IMG/VR virus record: IMGVR_UViG_3300044611_001416
Length of the DNA stretch: 64,000 nucleotides
Direction: 5' to 3' (one strand)
Source: an uncultured virus (IMG/VR IMGVR_UViG_3300044611_001416)
Taxonomy: Duplodnaviria; Heunggongvirae; Uroviricota; Caudoviricetes
Shown here: one piece after another, positions 1-9,724 of the stretch
Layout: the number at the start of each line of letters is the position of its first letter
How positions within the stretch are numbered: the first letter of the stretch is position 1
Program-made: the position numbers and the translations under genes
Notes under the pieces: generated by a model
What the model saw: the letters and a program-made list of their open reading frames with translations, nothing else
What the model was told of the DNA's origin: nothing
Databases searched by the model: none

Positions 1-1
1 T

Positions 2-82
2 AAGAAAAACTTATCTATAATGGAATTAGAAATTGGTCCAAAAGAATTTCTTAATAAATGGAATCTGAAAATTATAAGATAG
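2..82 (+). CDS. 3' end of an upstream ORF (partial, hypothetical)
   Basis: Frame open from the window edge (KKNLSIMELEIGPKEFLNKWNLKIIR*), ending at TAG 80-82 and overlapping the next start. Confidence 0.35.
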   Translation, partial: KKNLSIMELEIGPKEFLNKWNLKIIR

Positions 83-690
83 TAAAAAATTTCATCAGTA
101 ATGATGAGGTCAAAATAATTGTAGATTGGGTAGATTCATTAAATCCTGAAGACGGTGACCCCAATTACCACTTAAGTGAAATCTCAAAAACACTAAAGGG
201 AAAATCTTGTGTTATAGACATCTCAAATACCGAACTTACAAACTACATTACAAACTTTCAATCAGTTTCTAAAGTTTCAAATCAAGAGACACCCCCAATT
301 ATCAAAACTATTTTTAAAAGGATATCTGAAAAAAATAACCTACCCCTTGATAATATCTTTATTCAAGCGGTTGATATGAAAAAAGGTGGTAAAATACAAC
401 CCCACTATGATGCGTCGATTGATGGTTACATAAATTATAAGTGTAACATAAGTGTGTTATCAGAAGATTATAAAATTTTTATAGACGGTTCTTCACCTGT
501 AATAGAACAAAAAGACCTATACTGTTTTGAGGCTTCGTTATACAAACATTGGACAGAAGAGTTTAACTCAAGAAGAGTTTTTTTAAGTTTTGGGTTTATA
601 GTTCCATATCATGTTTTGGGTAGAACTCATGACGACCCAAGAGTTAGATTAAGTCAAAGAATTGAAAAATATTTTCAAAAACTTAGTTGA
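58..690 (+). CDS. 2OG-Fe(II) oxygenase (prolyl-hydroxylase-like fold)
   Basis: N-terminal IVKNFISNDE, HxD (PHYD), distal His (YKHW) and Arg (RRVFLSF) of the 2OG-Fe(II) dioxygenase fold. Confidence 0.75.
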   Translation: MESENYKIVKNFISNDEVKIIVDWVDSLNPEDGDPNYHLSEISKTLKGKSCVIDISNTELTNYITNFQSVSKVSNQETPPIIKTIFKRISEKNNLPLDNIFIQAVDMKKGGKIQPHYDASIDGYINYKCNISVLSEDYKIFIDGSSPVIEQKDLYCFEASLYKHWTEEFNSRRVFLSFGFIVPYHVLGRTHDDPRVRLSQRIEKYFQKLS

Positions 691-777
691 TATAAAACAA
701 AACAAAACCTATATTTATTTACGAAGGTAAATGCCGACCTTATTCGGTAGCTAATACACCAACTAAAATAATTTATA

Positions 778-3564
778 GTGATAAGTCAAGAAGAAATTAA
801 GTCGTTTCTTGAAGGGAGCGACCCTGAAGAACATATTGTGGCCATAGAGTTTGATTATGTCACAGATTCTATATACAAAATTAAAGAAATACCTGGTCAA
901 GGTAAAATAATCAAAAAAGATACTTTCACGGCATTTGCTTGGGTTGGTGACTTAAGAGGTTTGAATTTTTATTCATCTTCTAAGGACCAACAGAAAGCGG
1001 CAATGACCAAATATGGTATTGTTATAGATAAGTTAGAAACTGAAGGTAATGAAAGATTAGAACAAGGACTTAAGTTCATGGTCAAATCTTTAAAAGGATA
1101 CCGAACATTAATACAATTTTTTAGGGACGGTGGGTTAGACCCATGGTCAGAACGAGCTAAAAATTTAATCTTAGTTCTTCCTCCTGTAGAACAATATCTA
1201 ATCTCAAGGGAGAAGAGGTTATTCAAAGGGTACGAGGAATATAATGACATCACGAGACTCGGATTCGACTTAGAGACGACCTCTCTTGAACCTAAAGACG
1301 GTCGTATATTCATGATAGGAATCAAAACCAATAAAGGATTCCAAAGAGTTATTGAATGTGCTGACGAAGACCAAGAAAGAAGAGGTATTGTAGAATTTTT
1401 TAGAATTATAGATGAATTAAAACCATCAATTATTGGTGGATATAACTCTTTTAACTTTGACTGGTTTTGGATATTCGAAAGATGTAAGGCTCTAAATTTA
1501 GACATTAAAAAGATATCAAAATCACTAAACCCATCAAGGCCAATCTCTCAAAAGGATGGTATGTTAAAACTTGCTAACGAGGTTGAGAGATTTGTTCAAA
1601 CAGGGTTATGGGGGTATAACATCATCGACATCATTCACTCTGTCCGTAGAGCTCAAGCAATTAACTCAAGTATTAAATCAGCGGGTTTGAAATATATAAC
1701 TCAATACATTAACGCTGAAGCGCCTGACCGTGTATACATCCCCCATGAAGAAATTGGTTCTATGTATGCCAATAAAGAAGAGTTTTGGTTAAACGTAACT
1801 AATGGGAAATACAAGAGGGCGGATAAACCTGAGTTTAATAATTTAGACACTCGTTTTCCTGGCACCTACATTAAAGTTACAGGTGATAATATAGTTGAGC
1901 GTTATCTTGACGATGACTTAGAGGAAACGTTAACTGTCGATGATGAGTTCAATCAGGGAACGTTTCTATTAGCATCAATGGTACCTACAACATATGAAAG
2001 AGTATCAACAATGGGTACCGCAACATTATGGAAAATGTTGATGTTAGCTTGGTCTCATAAATACAAATTAGCAATCCCAAAAAAACAAGAAAAGACAGAA
2101 TTTGTTGGTGGTTTATCAAGACTACTTAAAGTAGGGTATTCAAGAAACGTATTAAAACTTGACTACTCTTCTCTATATCCATCAATTCAGTTAGTACATG
2201 ACGTATTCCCTGAATGTGATGTTAGAGGGGCGATGAAAGGAATGTTATCTTATTTCCGTAATGCTCGTATTATGTATAAAAACTTGGCGTCAGAATTTTA
2301 TGATGTGGATAAAAAGAAATCATTATCTTATGACCGTAAACAATTACCGATTAAGATTTTTATTAACTCAATGTTTGGCGCGTTATCCGCACCTCAAGTA
2401 TTTGCGTGGGGTGATATGTATATGGGGGAACAAATTACCTGTACAGGTAGACAATATCTTCGTCAGATGATTAAGTTTTTTATTAAAAAAGGTTATACTC
2501 CACTTGTAATGGATACTGACGGTGTCAACTTTGCTAAACCTGAGGGGTGGGAAAATAGACGTTATATTGGTAAAGGTCTTAACTGGAAAGTTAAAGAAGG
2601 TAAGGAATACACTGGTGATGATTCGGACGTTGCAGAATTTAACGATTTATTCATGAGAGGTGAAATGGCTTTAGATACTGATGGTACTTGGCCGTCATGT
2701 ATTAACTTGGCTCGTAAGAACTATGCTGTTATGGAGTCAAGCGGTAAAGTTAAATTAACTGGTAATACAATTAAATCTAAAAAATTACCACTATACATTG
2801 AGGACTTTTTAGATAAAGGGGTTAAACAATTACTTGAGGGTAAAGGTCAAGAATTTGTTGAGTGGTACTACGAGTATGTTCAGAAAATATTTAATTTAGA
2901 AATTCCTTTAATGAAAATTGCCCAAAGAGCTAAAGTTAAATTATCTTTAGATGATTATAAAAAACGTTGTACTCAAAAAACCAAAGCCGGCTCATTAATG
3001 AGTAGAATGGCTCATATGGAGTTAGCCATCAAACATAATCTAAACATTCAGTTAGGTGATGTTATTTATTATGTAAATAACGGATTAAGAGCTTCTCATG
3101 GTGATGTTCAAAAAATTACTAAAGCTAACTATACTAAAAAAGAATTAGATTTATTTTCCCAAGAAAATGGTAAAGAACCTGAGAATAAAAGTACCTCAAT
3201 AATACAACTTAATTGTTATATGTTAGAACCAACTGAGATTGAGAATAATCCAAACATGAAAGGTGAATATAACATACAAAGAGCCATAACAACCTTTAAT
3301 AAAAGAATTGCTCCCCTATTAGTAGTATTCAAAGAAGAAGTTAGAAACGGATTAATTGTAAACAATCCTGAAGACCGTGGTTTTTTTACTAAGGGACAAT
3401 GTGAATTAATTAATGGAGTACCATTTAAAGAGGGTGACCAAGATACCTTAGAGGAAGTGTTAACTTTATCTGATGGTGAAGTTAAATATTGGGATAAAAG
3501 AGGAATGAGCCCTGATTATATATATGAATTAGCTTCTGAAGGATGGGAAAAGTTTATAAATTAA
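778..3564 (+). CDS. polB: Family B DNA polymerase with 3'-5' exonuclease
   Basis: ExoI FDLETT, ExoII YNSFNFD, polymerase motifs DYSSLYPS, KIFINSMFG, MDTDG, RKNYA; GTG start. Confidence 0.95.
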   Translation: MISQEEIKSFLEGSDPEEHIVAIEFDYVTDSIYKIKEIPGQGKIIKKDTFTAFAWVGDLRGLNFYSSSKDQQKAAMTKYGIVIDKLETEGNERLEQGLKFMVKSLKGYRTLIQFFRDGGLDPWSERAKNLILVLPPVEQYLISREKRLFKGYEEYNDITRLGFDLETTSLEPKDGRIFMIGIKTNKGFQRVIECADEDQERRGIVEFFRIIDELKPSIIGGYNSFNFDWFWIFERCKALNLDIKKISKSLNPSRPISQKDGMLKLANEVERFVQTGLWGYNIIDIIHSVRRAQAINSSIKSAGLKYITQYINAEAPDRVYIPHEEIGSMYANKEEFWLNVTNGKYKRADKPEFNNLDTRFPGTYIKVTGDNIVERYLDDDLEETLTVDDEFNQGTFLLASMVPTTYERVSTMGTATLWKMLMLAWSHKYKLAIPKKQEKTEFVGGLSRLLKVGYSRNVLKLDYSSLYPSIQLVHDVFPECDVRGAMKGMLSYFRNARIMYKNLASEFYDVDKKKSLSYDRKQLPIKIFINSMFGALSAPQVFAWGDMYMGEQITCTGRQYLRQMIKFFIKKGYTPLVMDTDGVNFAKPEGWENRRYIGKGLNWKVKEGKEYTGDDSDVAEFNDLFMRGEMALDTDGTWPSCINLARKNYAVMESSGKVKLTGNTIKSKKLPLYIEDFLDKGVKQLLEGKGQEFVEWYYEYVQKIFNLEIPLMKIAQRAKVKLSLDDYKKRCTQKTKAGSLMSRMAHMELAIKHNLNIQLGDVIYYVNNGLRASHGDVQKITKANYTKKELDLFSQENGKEPENKSTSIIQLNCYMLEPTEIENNPNMKGEYNIQRAITTFNKRIAPLLVVFKEEVRNGLIVNNPEDRGFFTKGQCELINGVPFKEGDQDTLEEVLTLSDGEVKYWDKRGMSPDYIYELASEGWEKFIN

Positions 3565-3935
3565 CTTAACTTTAATCCATCAGAGGATATAATGTACCAA
3601 ACATCGTCCATCATAAGAAATTCAACACAAGCACCTTTATCGATTAAAATTTCGTCATAGTACTCGTCAATTTTATTTTTACTAGGAACAATTAATACTT
3701 TTGTTAATGTTTTAATAACAATATATTCTGTAGTGTCTGAGTTTAAAGTTATTTTTGATTGTTCAACATCTTTAACTAATATAAACTCTTCACCATTAGT
3801 ACTATAATTAGGTTCTCTGACAACTAATCTAAGTTCGGGGTTTTGAGACATACTAACGGGCGGTTGAGTTTCTCTACCCCCAACAAATATTTTATCCCCA
3901 ATTTGTTTTCTACCAAAATTTTTTCTTATTGTCAT
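3561..3935 (-). CDS. Hypothetical protein, probably small beta-rich virion protein
   Basis: 124-aa ORF tightly coupled behind the neck gene; beta-strand-like composition. Confidence 0.6.
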   Translation of the reverse strand: MTIRKNFGRKQIGDKIFVGGRETQPPVSMSQNPELRLVVREPNYSTNGEEFILVKDVEQSKITLNSDTTEYIVIKTLTKVLIVPSKNKIDEYYDEILIDKGACVEFLMMDDVWYIISSDGLKLS

Positions 3936-3936
3936 A

Positions 3937-5058
3937 TTAGATTACATATATTTGTCTTGGCATTGCTCTAAACTTAAGTGATTTGTTTAAATTCTCCGCC
4001 AAAAGAGCTTCACGCTCCATTACTTTATCAGGTTTTAATCTGGCTAAAGTACCCTCAACACCAATTAATTCCTCTACTAATTTAAGTTTTTCGTCTTTAC
4101 CTTCAGTTAATAAACTAGTATAATCCATTGTTAATTCACTATCAGGTGTTTTAATGTTACCACTAAATTTACCTCTAACTCTACCTAAAGTTTCTTTACA
4201 AGTTGCGATGAAATATCTTCTAACCCATTGTTTTGCGGGGTTATTTAATTCGGGCCAAGAGAACTTATCTAAAGGAACATCTGAAGGCATTTTAATAATG
4301 TCAGGATTATTTTTTAAACATTTGTCTCTATCTTCAGGACCAACATCATAATACCAATACCATACTTTACCCCTATTTAAATTTCTATTACCAAAATCAA
4401 ATTTACCACCAGGTGTATTCATTAAATGAATTGCTTTTTTACCTTCAGGTAACGCGGTTATTGTATAGGTTAAATCTCCTGATATAATTCTTCTTTGAAT
4501 ATTAATTTCTTGCATTCTTAATAACATATCAAATGCTGGCATCATAAAATATGACCCCGTATTACCCATTTGTGAAAAACCACCAGGTCCACCAATTCCA
4601 CCACCGCCTAAACCTCCAAATGAAAAAGCATCAAAATATACACCATTTAAGTCTGATGGTGTAAACCATAATAACTCGTTAATCTCTCTATGTGCGGGTA
4701 TTTCGTAAATTTGTTGATTAGGTTCTAATTGTATATAGTCTTTTTTAAGGACCCAATCACCACCAGCTTGTAATCCAACAATTTTAGAATAGGCGTAAGT
4801 ATATCTTGTTTCAAAGTCTAATGTCTTTGTAACAAAGGCTCTTGATAAAGATTGTGTGTCTAAGTTTAATCCCCATAGATTTGACCACTGAGATTCAATT
4901 AACCAATTTTGTACGTATTGAGAATAGTCGTCAATTGCGAATTCCAATAACGTATCCATTTGTTCGTCCTCTAATTCAACCGAACGTAGAGGTGCCCCAA
5001 GTAAATGTCTTACTTTAGTATATAATGGGCTTCTTTCATTTTCTGGTATTATTGCCAT
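3937..5058 (-). CDS. Neck / head-tail adaptor protein (T4 gp13-like)
   Basis: N-terminus VRHLLGAPLRSVELEDEQMD and C-terminal WVRRYFIATCKETLGRVRGKF resemble gp13-type neck proteins. Confidence 0.7.
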   Translation of the reverse strand: MAIIPENERSPLYTKVRHLLGAPLRSVELEDEQMDTLLEFAIDDYSQYVQNWLIESQWSNLWGLNLDTQSLSRAFVTKTLDFETRYTYAYSKIVGLQAGGDWVLKKDYIQLEPNQQIYEIPAHREINELLWFTPSDLNGVYFDAFSFGGLGGGGIGGPGGFSQMGNTGSYFMMPAFDMLLRMQEINIQRRIISGDLTYTITALPEGKKAIHLMNTPGGKFDFGNRNLNRGKVWYWYYDVGPEDRDKCLKNNPDIIKMPSDVPLDKFSWPELNNPAKQWVRRYFIATCKETLGRVRGKFSGNIKTPDSELTMDYTSLLTEGKDEKLKLVEELIGVEGTLARLKPDKVMEREALLAENLNKSLKFRAMPRQIYVI

Positions 5059-5080
5059 GTTTTTCGTTTCTATATAAATA

Positions 5081-6619
5081 TCAATTTAGTCGGTAAATTA
5101 AATTAGATTCCGGGAAAACATATTGACCCCCGATTATCTTAGTATTTTTATTACTAAAAACTAACACTTCTTTATTATTTTTTGTAAATATTAACCAATC
5201 AGTTGAATATTTTTTAACATTTGCGGAACCTGAGACATGAATTTCACCATCAACATTTTTTATATAGGTGAACGGTTTAACCTGACTTGTTAATTTAACG
5301 CCATCAACTATGATTTCACAGTCAATACCATCAATCATATCTTCTTTACTTCCTAATTTACCAACAGAAATAACGTTATCATCACCAAATTTTTTCTTAA
5401 GAATCTTAACTGTTTCATCCTCTCTTTTTTGTCCCCAACTATTAGTTTGAGTTAAAATTTTCATTAAGTTTTGAAATGTTGAGGAATTTTGAGAAAAAAT
5501 TCTGAACTTATAATCATCTAGTACTTTAACAAGTTTTTTAACTTCACTAATTTGTTCAGATGGTGTTAGGCCAATCATTTTAATTTCAGGTTTATCTTGT
5601 TTTTTAAGTACTTGGTTAATATCGTTTAGTAGAACACAGAAACAACTATAATTTGTGTTTAATTTGTTAATTACTGAACGTCCGTCACTTTCTAAATTAT
5701 AAACTCCTGACATCTCACCAGGGGCAAATTCGTTATTTTCATAAAAGTTTTCAGGAAAGACTTCTTTCATCATTTTATTAACACTCATTTTAAAGATTTC
5801 TTTAACTTTTGGGTTGATATTAAATATAAATCTAATCGCCTCGTTAGTATCTCTACCACATCTTTCAGATTTACCTTCAGAGATAACTGTTTTTAACATA
5901 AGACTTTCATTTAATTTAGATTCAACCTTTAATTGGTAAAGTTTGTTTACAAATTCCCAATTAACACATTTCCAAAAGTTTTTAATATAGTCATCTTTTT
6001 TGTTTCTATATTTCAAATAGTAAGCATGTTCCCATAAATCTAATCCAAGTATTGGATAACCACCATCTTCAACAACGTTCATTAAAGGATTGTCTTGATT
6101 TGCTGTGGACACAATTTTTAATTTATTAGTCTTTGTTAAAACTAACCAAACCCATCCCGAACCAAATCGTTCTTTTGCAACTTCCTCAAATTTAATTCTA
6201 AATGAATTATAACTTTTGAAGTCTTTATTAATTTGAGTTAAAACTTCACCGTGAGGTTTTTGAGTTTCAGGAGTTAACATTTTCCAAAATAACGCGTGGT
6301 TAAAAGCACCACCTGCGTTATTTCTAATGTTTTTATCAAATCTACTTATTGATTTTATAATTTCTTCTAACTCTAAATCCCCATATTTTTTTTTACTAAG
6401 AGCAGAATTTAATTTATCAACATAACCTTTATAATGTTTATTATAATGGTAGTTCATAGTTTCTGAGTCAATAAATTGTTTCAGGGCTGAGTAGGCGTAT
6501 GGTAATCGTTCGATTCCAATTCTTTTCATTTCGTTTAAGAAAAGTTTTTGATTCTCATTTTTTTCAACCGTTTTAATTTTTTCGGTTATGAGGTCAATTT
6601 TTTTTTCAATATTTTTCAT
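5081..6619 (-). CDS. sodA: Mn/Fe superoxide dismutase (Mn-type signatures) with about 280-aa C-terminal extension
   Basis: LPYAYSAL, HYNKHY, NNAGGAFNHALFW, FGSGWVWL, TANQDNP, DLWEHAYY; ATG 6619 preferred because TATTTATA lies just upstream. Confidence 0.9.
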   Translation of the reverse strand: MKNIEKKIDLITEKIKTVEKNENQKLFLNEMKRIGIERLPYAYSALKQFIDSETMNYHYNKHYKGYVDKLNSALSKKKYGDLELEEIIKSISRFDKNIRNNAGGAFNHALFWKMLTPETQKPHGEVLTQINKDFKSYNSFRIKFEEVAKERFGSGWVWLVLTKTNKLKIVSTANQDNPLMNVVEDGGYPILGLDLWEHAYYLKYRNKKDDYIKNFWKCVNWEFVNKLYQLKVESKLNESLMLKTVISEGKSERCGRDTNEAIRFIFNINPKVKEIFKMSVNKMMKEVFPENFYENNEFAPGEMSGVYNLESDGRSVINKLNTNYSCFCVLLNDINQVLKKQDKPEIKMIGLTPSEQISEVKKLVKVLDDYKFRIFSQNSSTFQNLMKILTQTNSWGQKREDETVKILKKKFGDDNVISVGKLGSKEDMIDGIDCEIIVDGVKLTSQVKPFTYIKNVDGEIHVSGSANVKKYSTDWLIFTKNNKEVLVFSNKNTKIIGGQYVFPESNLIYRLN

Positions 6620-6659
6620 AAGGCTTATTTTATTATTATAAATAAGCGGAAGTTTCAAA

Positions 6660-8429
6660 TTATCTGCGATTGTTTATTCTATTCATCACTTCTTCAATAA
6701 AGTCGGCTTTATCTAAATTGTCACCCATAACGGTTTCAAATATATTTTTCTTCTTTATTAAAATGTCATAAATTGCTCCCTCAATAGTATTTTCAAATAT
6801 TGGGTAATAAACTGATACATTAGATTTTTGACCGTATCTGTACGCTCTATCTTCCGCTTGTGTGTGGTCTGATGGAACAAAAGATAAATCATTCATGATT
6901 ACGGCCTCAGCGGCGGTTAAGGTTAACCCAACACCTGCGGCTTTTAAGTTACCAACAAAAACTGTAATCTTTTCATTATCCTGAAATTGGTCAACTGCGT
7001 GTTGTCTCATAGATTTAGAGGTTGACCCATCTAATCTAACCGCCTGTTTACCAAAATGGTCGGCAATTTTATTTAATGTATTTGTGAAATTAGTAAAAAT
7101 AATAACCTTTTTTCCTTGGTCAATTATATTCTGAACTAATTCAATCGTATCGTTAATTTTTTCTTCCGCAATGACTTGTCTAACTTTCATTAACTTACTA
7201 AATTGTACCGTTAACGATGAAGATTCGTCTGTTTTATTTTCATACCAATCATAGTACTCTCCCATTAAGCCTTCATATAATTTAGATTTAAGTCTTAGGT
7301 AGACTGGCGATATTATTTTGTCAGGTAAATCAAGTACCTCAGTTTTTAAACGTCGTAATACTTGTCTTGAGGTTCGGTCTCTTAATTCCTCTAAGTTAGA
7401 TGCCCCCGTAACATTCCAAACTTTTCTATTTCCCGCTTTAAATTGGTAACCTTGACAATACCTAATGGCATATGCCATCCAATTCTGAGCTACGGGACTC
7501 TCAATGAGTGATAACAAGTTAAAATAATTCATTGGTCTTGATGTCATTGGTGTTCCCGTTAACAACCAAAGTTTATCAACACTTTTAACAAAACTATTAA
7601 CTAATTTAGTTCTTTGTGCTTGACCGTTTTGTAAATAATGGGCCTCATCAATAATGATTATACCAAAATTACTTTTATATATTTCAGATTTTTCTTTATC
7701 TTTTAAATCGTAAAAATTTTTAAGAATATCGTAATTAACAATTACAAAATCGTGTTCTTGGGAGAAGTTTTTACCTTCGGCAATATAAACACTCCTATCT
7801 GTGTAGTTTTCAATCTCTCTTAGCCAATTTATTTTTAAAGAAGCGGGACAAATAATTAATATTTTCTTAACACCTGTTTCTAAAGCGGCAATAATGGTGG
7901 AAGTTGTTTTACCTAAACCCATATCATCTGCGAGAATAAATCTTTTAGCCCCGGCAAGTTTCTCAATGGCAATTTTTTGATGTTCTAATGGAGGTCTGTG
8001 AGAGTACTTTGAATAATCCACCTCAACATTTTTAATTGTGTGTGTCTTAATTAAAGCTCCTTTAGGTAACCAAAACTCGTGTATAGTTTCCCCCGATAAC
8101 ACTTTTCCCCAAACATGATAGGCTTTCTCTTTCTCAACCAATAACTTCTCAACCCAAACTTGTTCAGGTATTGTAGTTAATAATTTTTCGTCAGCAATTT
8201 TTTTGGCAAAGTAAGGGTCAAGGTCAACCCATTTTTTTCCAACTTTAGGTGTTACATCGTAATAATTAATAATATAATCAGATTGGGCTCTTGTGGGATA
8301 AAATTTCTTATTAGATTCTTTTTGAGTTTTTAATTTTAGGATATAGTTATTTGCACCTGAATAAGTTTCAAGTAACTCTAATGCTCTTCTCTCTAATAGA
8401 GGTTTGTTATTTTCTATATTATTTTCCAA
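6660..8429 (-). CDS. SNF2-family (HARP/SMARCAL1-like) helicase
   Basis: LADDMGLGKT Walker A, DEAH, LTGTP, GVGLTLTAA, QAEDRAYRYGQ. Confidence 0.9.
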   Translation of the reverse strand: MENNIENNKPLLERRALELLETYSGANNYILKLKTQKESNKKFYPTRAQSDYIINYYDVTPKVGKKWVDLDPYFAKKIADEKLLTTIPEQVWVEKLLVEKEKAYHVWGKVLSGETIHEFWLPKGALIKTHTIKNVEVDYSKYSHRPPLEHQKIAIEKLAGAKRFILADDMGLGKTTSTIIAALETGVKKILIICPASLKINWLREIENYTDRSVYIAEGKNFSQEHDFVIVNYDILKNFYDLKDKEKSEIYKSNFGIIIIDEAHYLQNGQAQRTKLVNSFVKSVDKLWLLTGTPMTSRPMNYFNLLSLIESPVAQNWMAYAIRYCQGYQFKAGNRKVWNVTGASNLEELRDRTSRQVLRRLKTEVLDLPDKIISPVYLRLKSKLYEGLMGEYYDWYENKTDESSSLTVQFSKLMKVRQVIAEEKINDTIELVQNIIDQGKKVIIFTNFTNTLNKIADHFGKQAVRLDGSTSKSMRQHAVDQFQDNEKITVFVGNLKAAGVGLTLTAAEAVIMNDLSFVPSDHTQAEDRAYRYGQKSNVSVYYPIFENTIEGAIYDILIKKKNIFETVMGDNLDKADFIEEVMNRINNRR

Positions 8430-8477
8430 AAGATTTGGTTTGAGTTAAAAATAAGTAATCTTTTAATATTTATCAAT

Positions 8478-8993
8478 ATGTCAACTAATAAAGTACCAAT
8501 TACTCGAATAGGGAAATTCTTTGGAGATGAAGATTTCAATTTAGACCTTTCAATAGGGGAGGAATGGTTATATGGTGATATGAACTTCACATTAGTTCTT
8601 TATCGTATTGATAGACTGAAAACAAAAACCGATGATGTTTATGGTGAAACTGTTAGTGATGGTATTAAATTTTTACCACCAATAGAGTTTAAAGGGTATG
8701 TTCAAATTATGGCACCTGAAAATAAATATTTAGGTAATTCAAAAATAGAACAATTTGAGCCGGGTAATATTAAAGTGTCAGTTTACCAAAGACAATTGGA
8801 TGAGTTAGGTGTTGATATTAGTTATGGTGACTATATTGGTTACTATGAAACAGAAGATAGAGTTAGATATTATACCGTAAATAATGACGGAAGAGTCATC
8901 TCAGATAATAAACACACGTATGCAGGGTTTAAACCGTTTTATAGAACTATTATGGCGTCAGCGGTTACTAATAACGAATTTAGAGGTTTATAA
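8478..8993 (+). CDS. Head closure / neck protein (T4 gp14-like)
   Basis: DDVYGE motif and context upstream of tail completion and sheath genes. Confidence 0.55.
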   Translation: MSTNKVPITRIGKFFGDEDFNLDLSIGEEWLYGDMNFTLVLYRIDRLKTKTDDVYGETVSDGIKFLPPIEFKGYVQIMAPENKYLGNSKIEQFEPGNIKVSVYQRQLDELGVDISYGDYIGYYETEDRVRYYTVNNDGRVISDNKHTYAGFKPFYRTIMASAVTNNEFRGL

Positions 8994-9289
8994 TGAAAAT
9001 AATAATAACAGAATCTCAAGTGGCATTAATAAGAAGGTTAACTGAGTTAGAACACTATCTTGATATGGCTATTAAAGAATTAAATGAGGATATAAAAAGT
9101 GGAAGTCCAGGTAATAGACCTGATAATTTTGGTGTTTACGAAGGGTGGGTAATGAATAGAACTAAACGGTATTTTGAAAATAATAATCCAAATCTTGAAT
9201 GGCTAAGTCACGATTTTAAGATGTTAGTATCAGGACAATTTAATAATAAAATTAGAAAAGGTTTTAATCAAGTTAAAAATAGAAGATGA
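8993..9289 (+). CDS. Hypothetical protein with MKIIITESQ leader
   Basis: 98-aa ORF, translationally coupled (TAATG). Confidence 0.7.
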   Translation: MKIIITESQVALIRRLTELEHYLDMAIKELNEDIKSGSPGNRPDNFGVYEGWVMNRTKRYFENNNPNLEWLSHDFKMLVSGQFNNKIRKGFNQVKNRR

Positions 9290-9723
9290 AAATACTAATT
9301 ACAGAAACACAGGACCATGATAATTCTGAGGATAAGTTTAAAGGTGAAAGAGTTATGGTTTATTATAATTTACACAAACATACTTTTTCTGTGTCGTATA
9401 AATCAAAAGTTATTTTACATGCCGATTACGTTAAATTAAAAGATGTTGAGTTTAGAGTTAGAAAGGCTGGTAAAGAACGAGTTAGACGTGAAATGGTAAA
9501 AAATGTTCACGCATTTGTTATTGGTGATTTAGTTGATTATTGTCAGTCGCCATGTAAAAATATTCCTAAAGAACCAACGGATAATGTAATAACGTATAAC
9601 CCTTACAAGTATGATAGTTTTGTATATAAATCGAATAAAAACCCAATATACAAAACAAAAGAAATTGATATGATTAATTTAAAAAACAAATTATTCGTAA
9701 TAAAAAAAATAAAAAAACATTAA
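9286..9723 (+). CDS. Phage protein of unknown function (YYNLHK...KNVHAFV) with MKILITE leader
   Basis: ATGA overlap with the previous gene; motifs VYYNLHKHTFSV, KNVHAFVIG, YNPYKYDSFV recalled from phage hypothetical proteins. Confidence 0.7.
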   Translation: MKILITETQDHDNSEDKFKGERVMVYYNLHKHTFSVSYKSKVILHADYVKLKDVEFRVRKAGKERVRREMVKNVHAFVIGDLVDYCQSPCKNIPKEPTDNVITYNPYKYDSFVYKSNKNPIYKTKEIDMINLKNKLFVIKKIKKH

Positions 9724-9724
9724 A

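Noticed and set aside
744..775. preQ1/SAM-II riboswitch-like words (TAGCTAA..ACACC..CTAAAA) in the polB leader
   Set aside because: The required P1 stem and pseudoknot cannot be formed convincingly; kept only as a simple hairpin
6620..6658. Longer starts in the ORF track (6658 for SOD; likewise 14413 and 40380)
   Set aside because: The extensions run through promoter motifs or hairpins; downstream ATGs (6619, 14434, 40437) fit better
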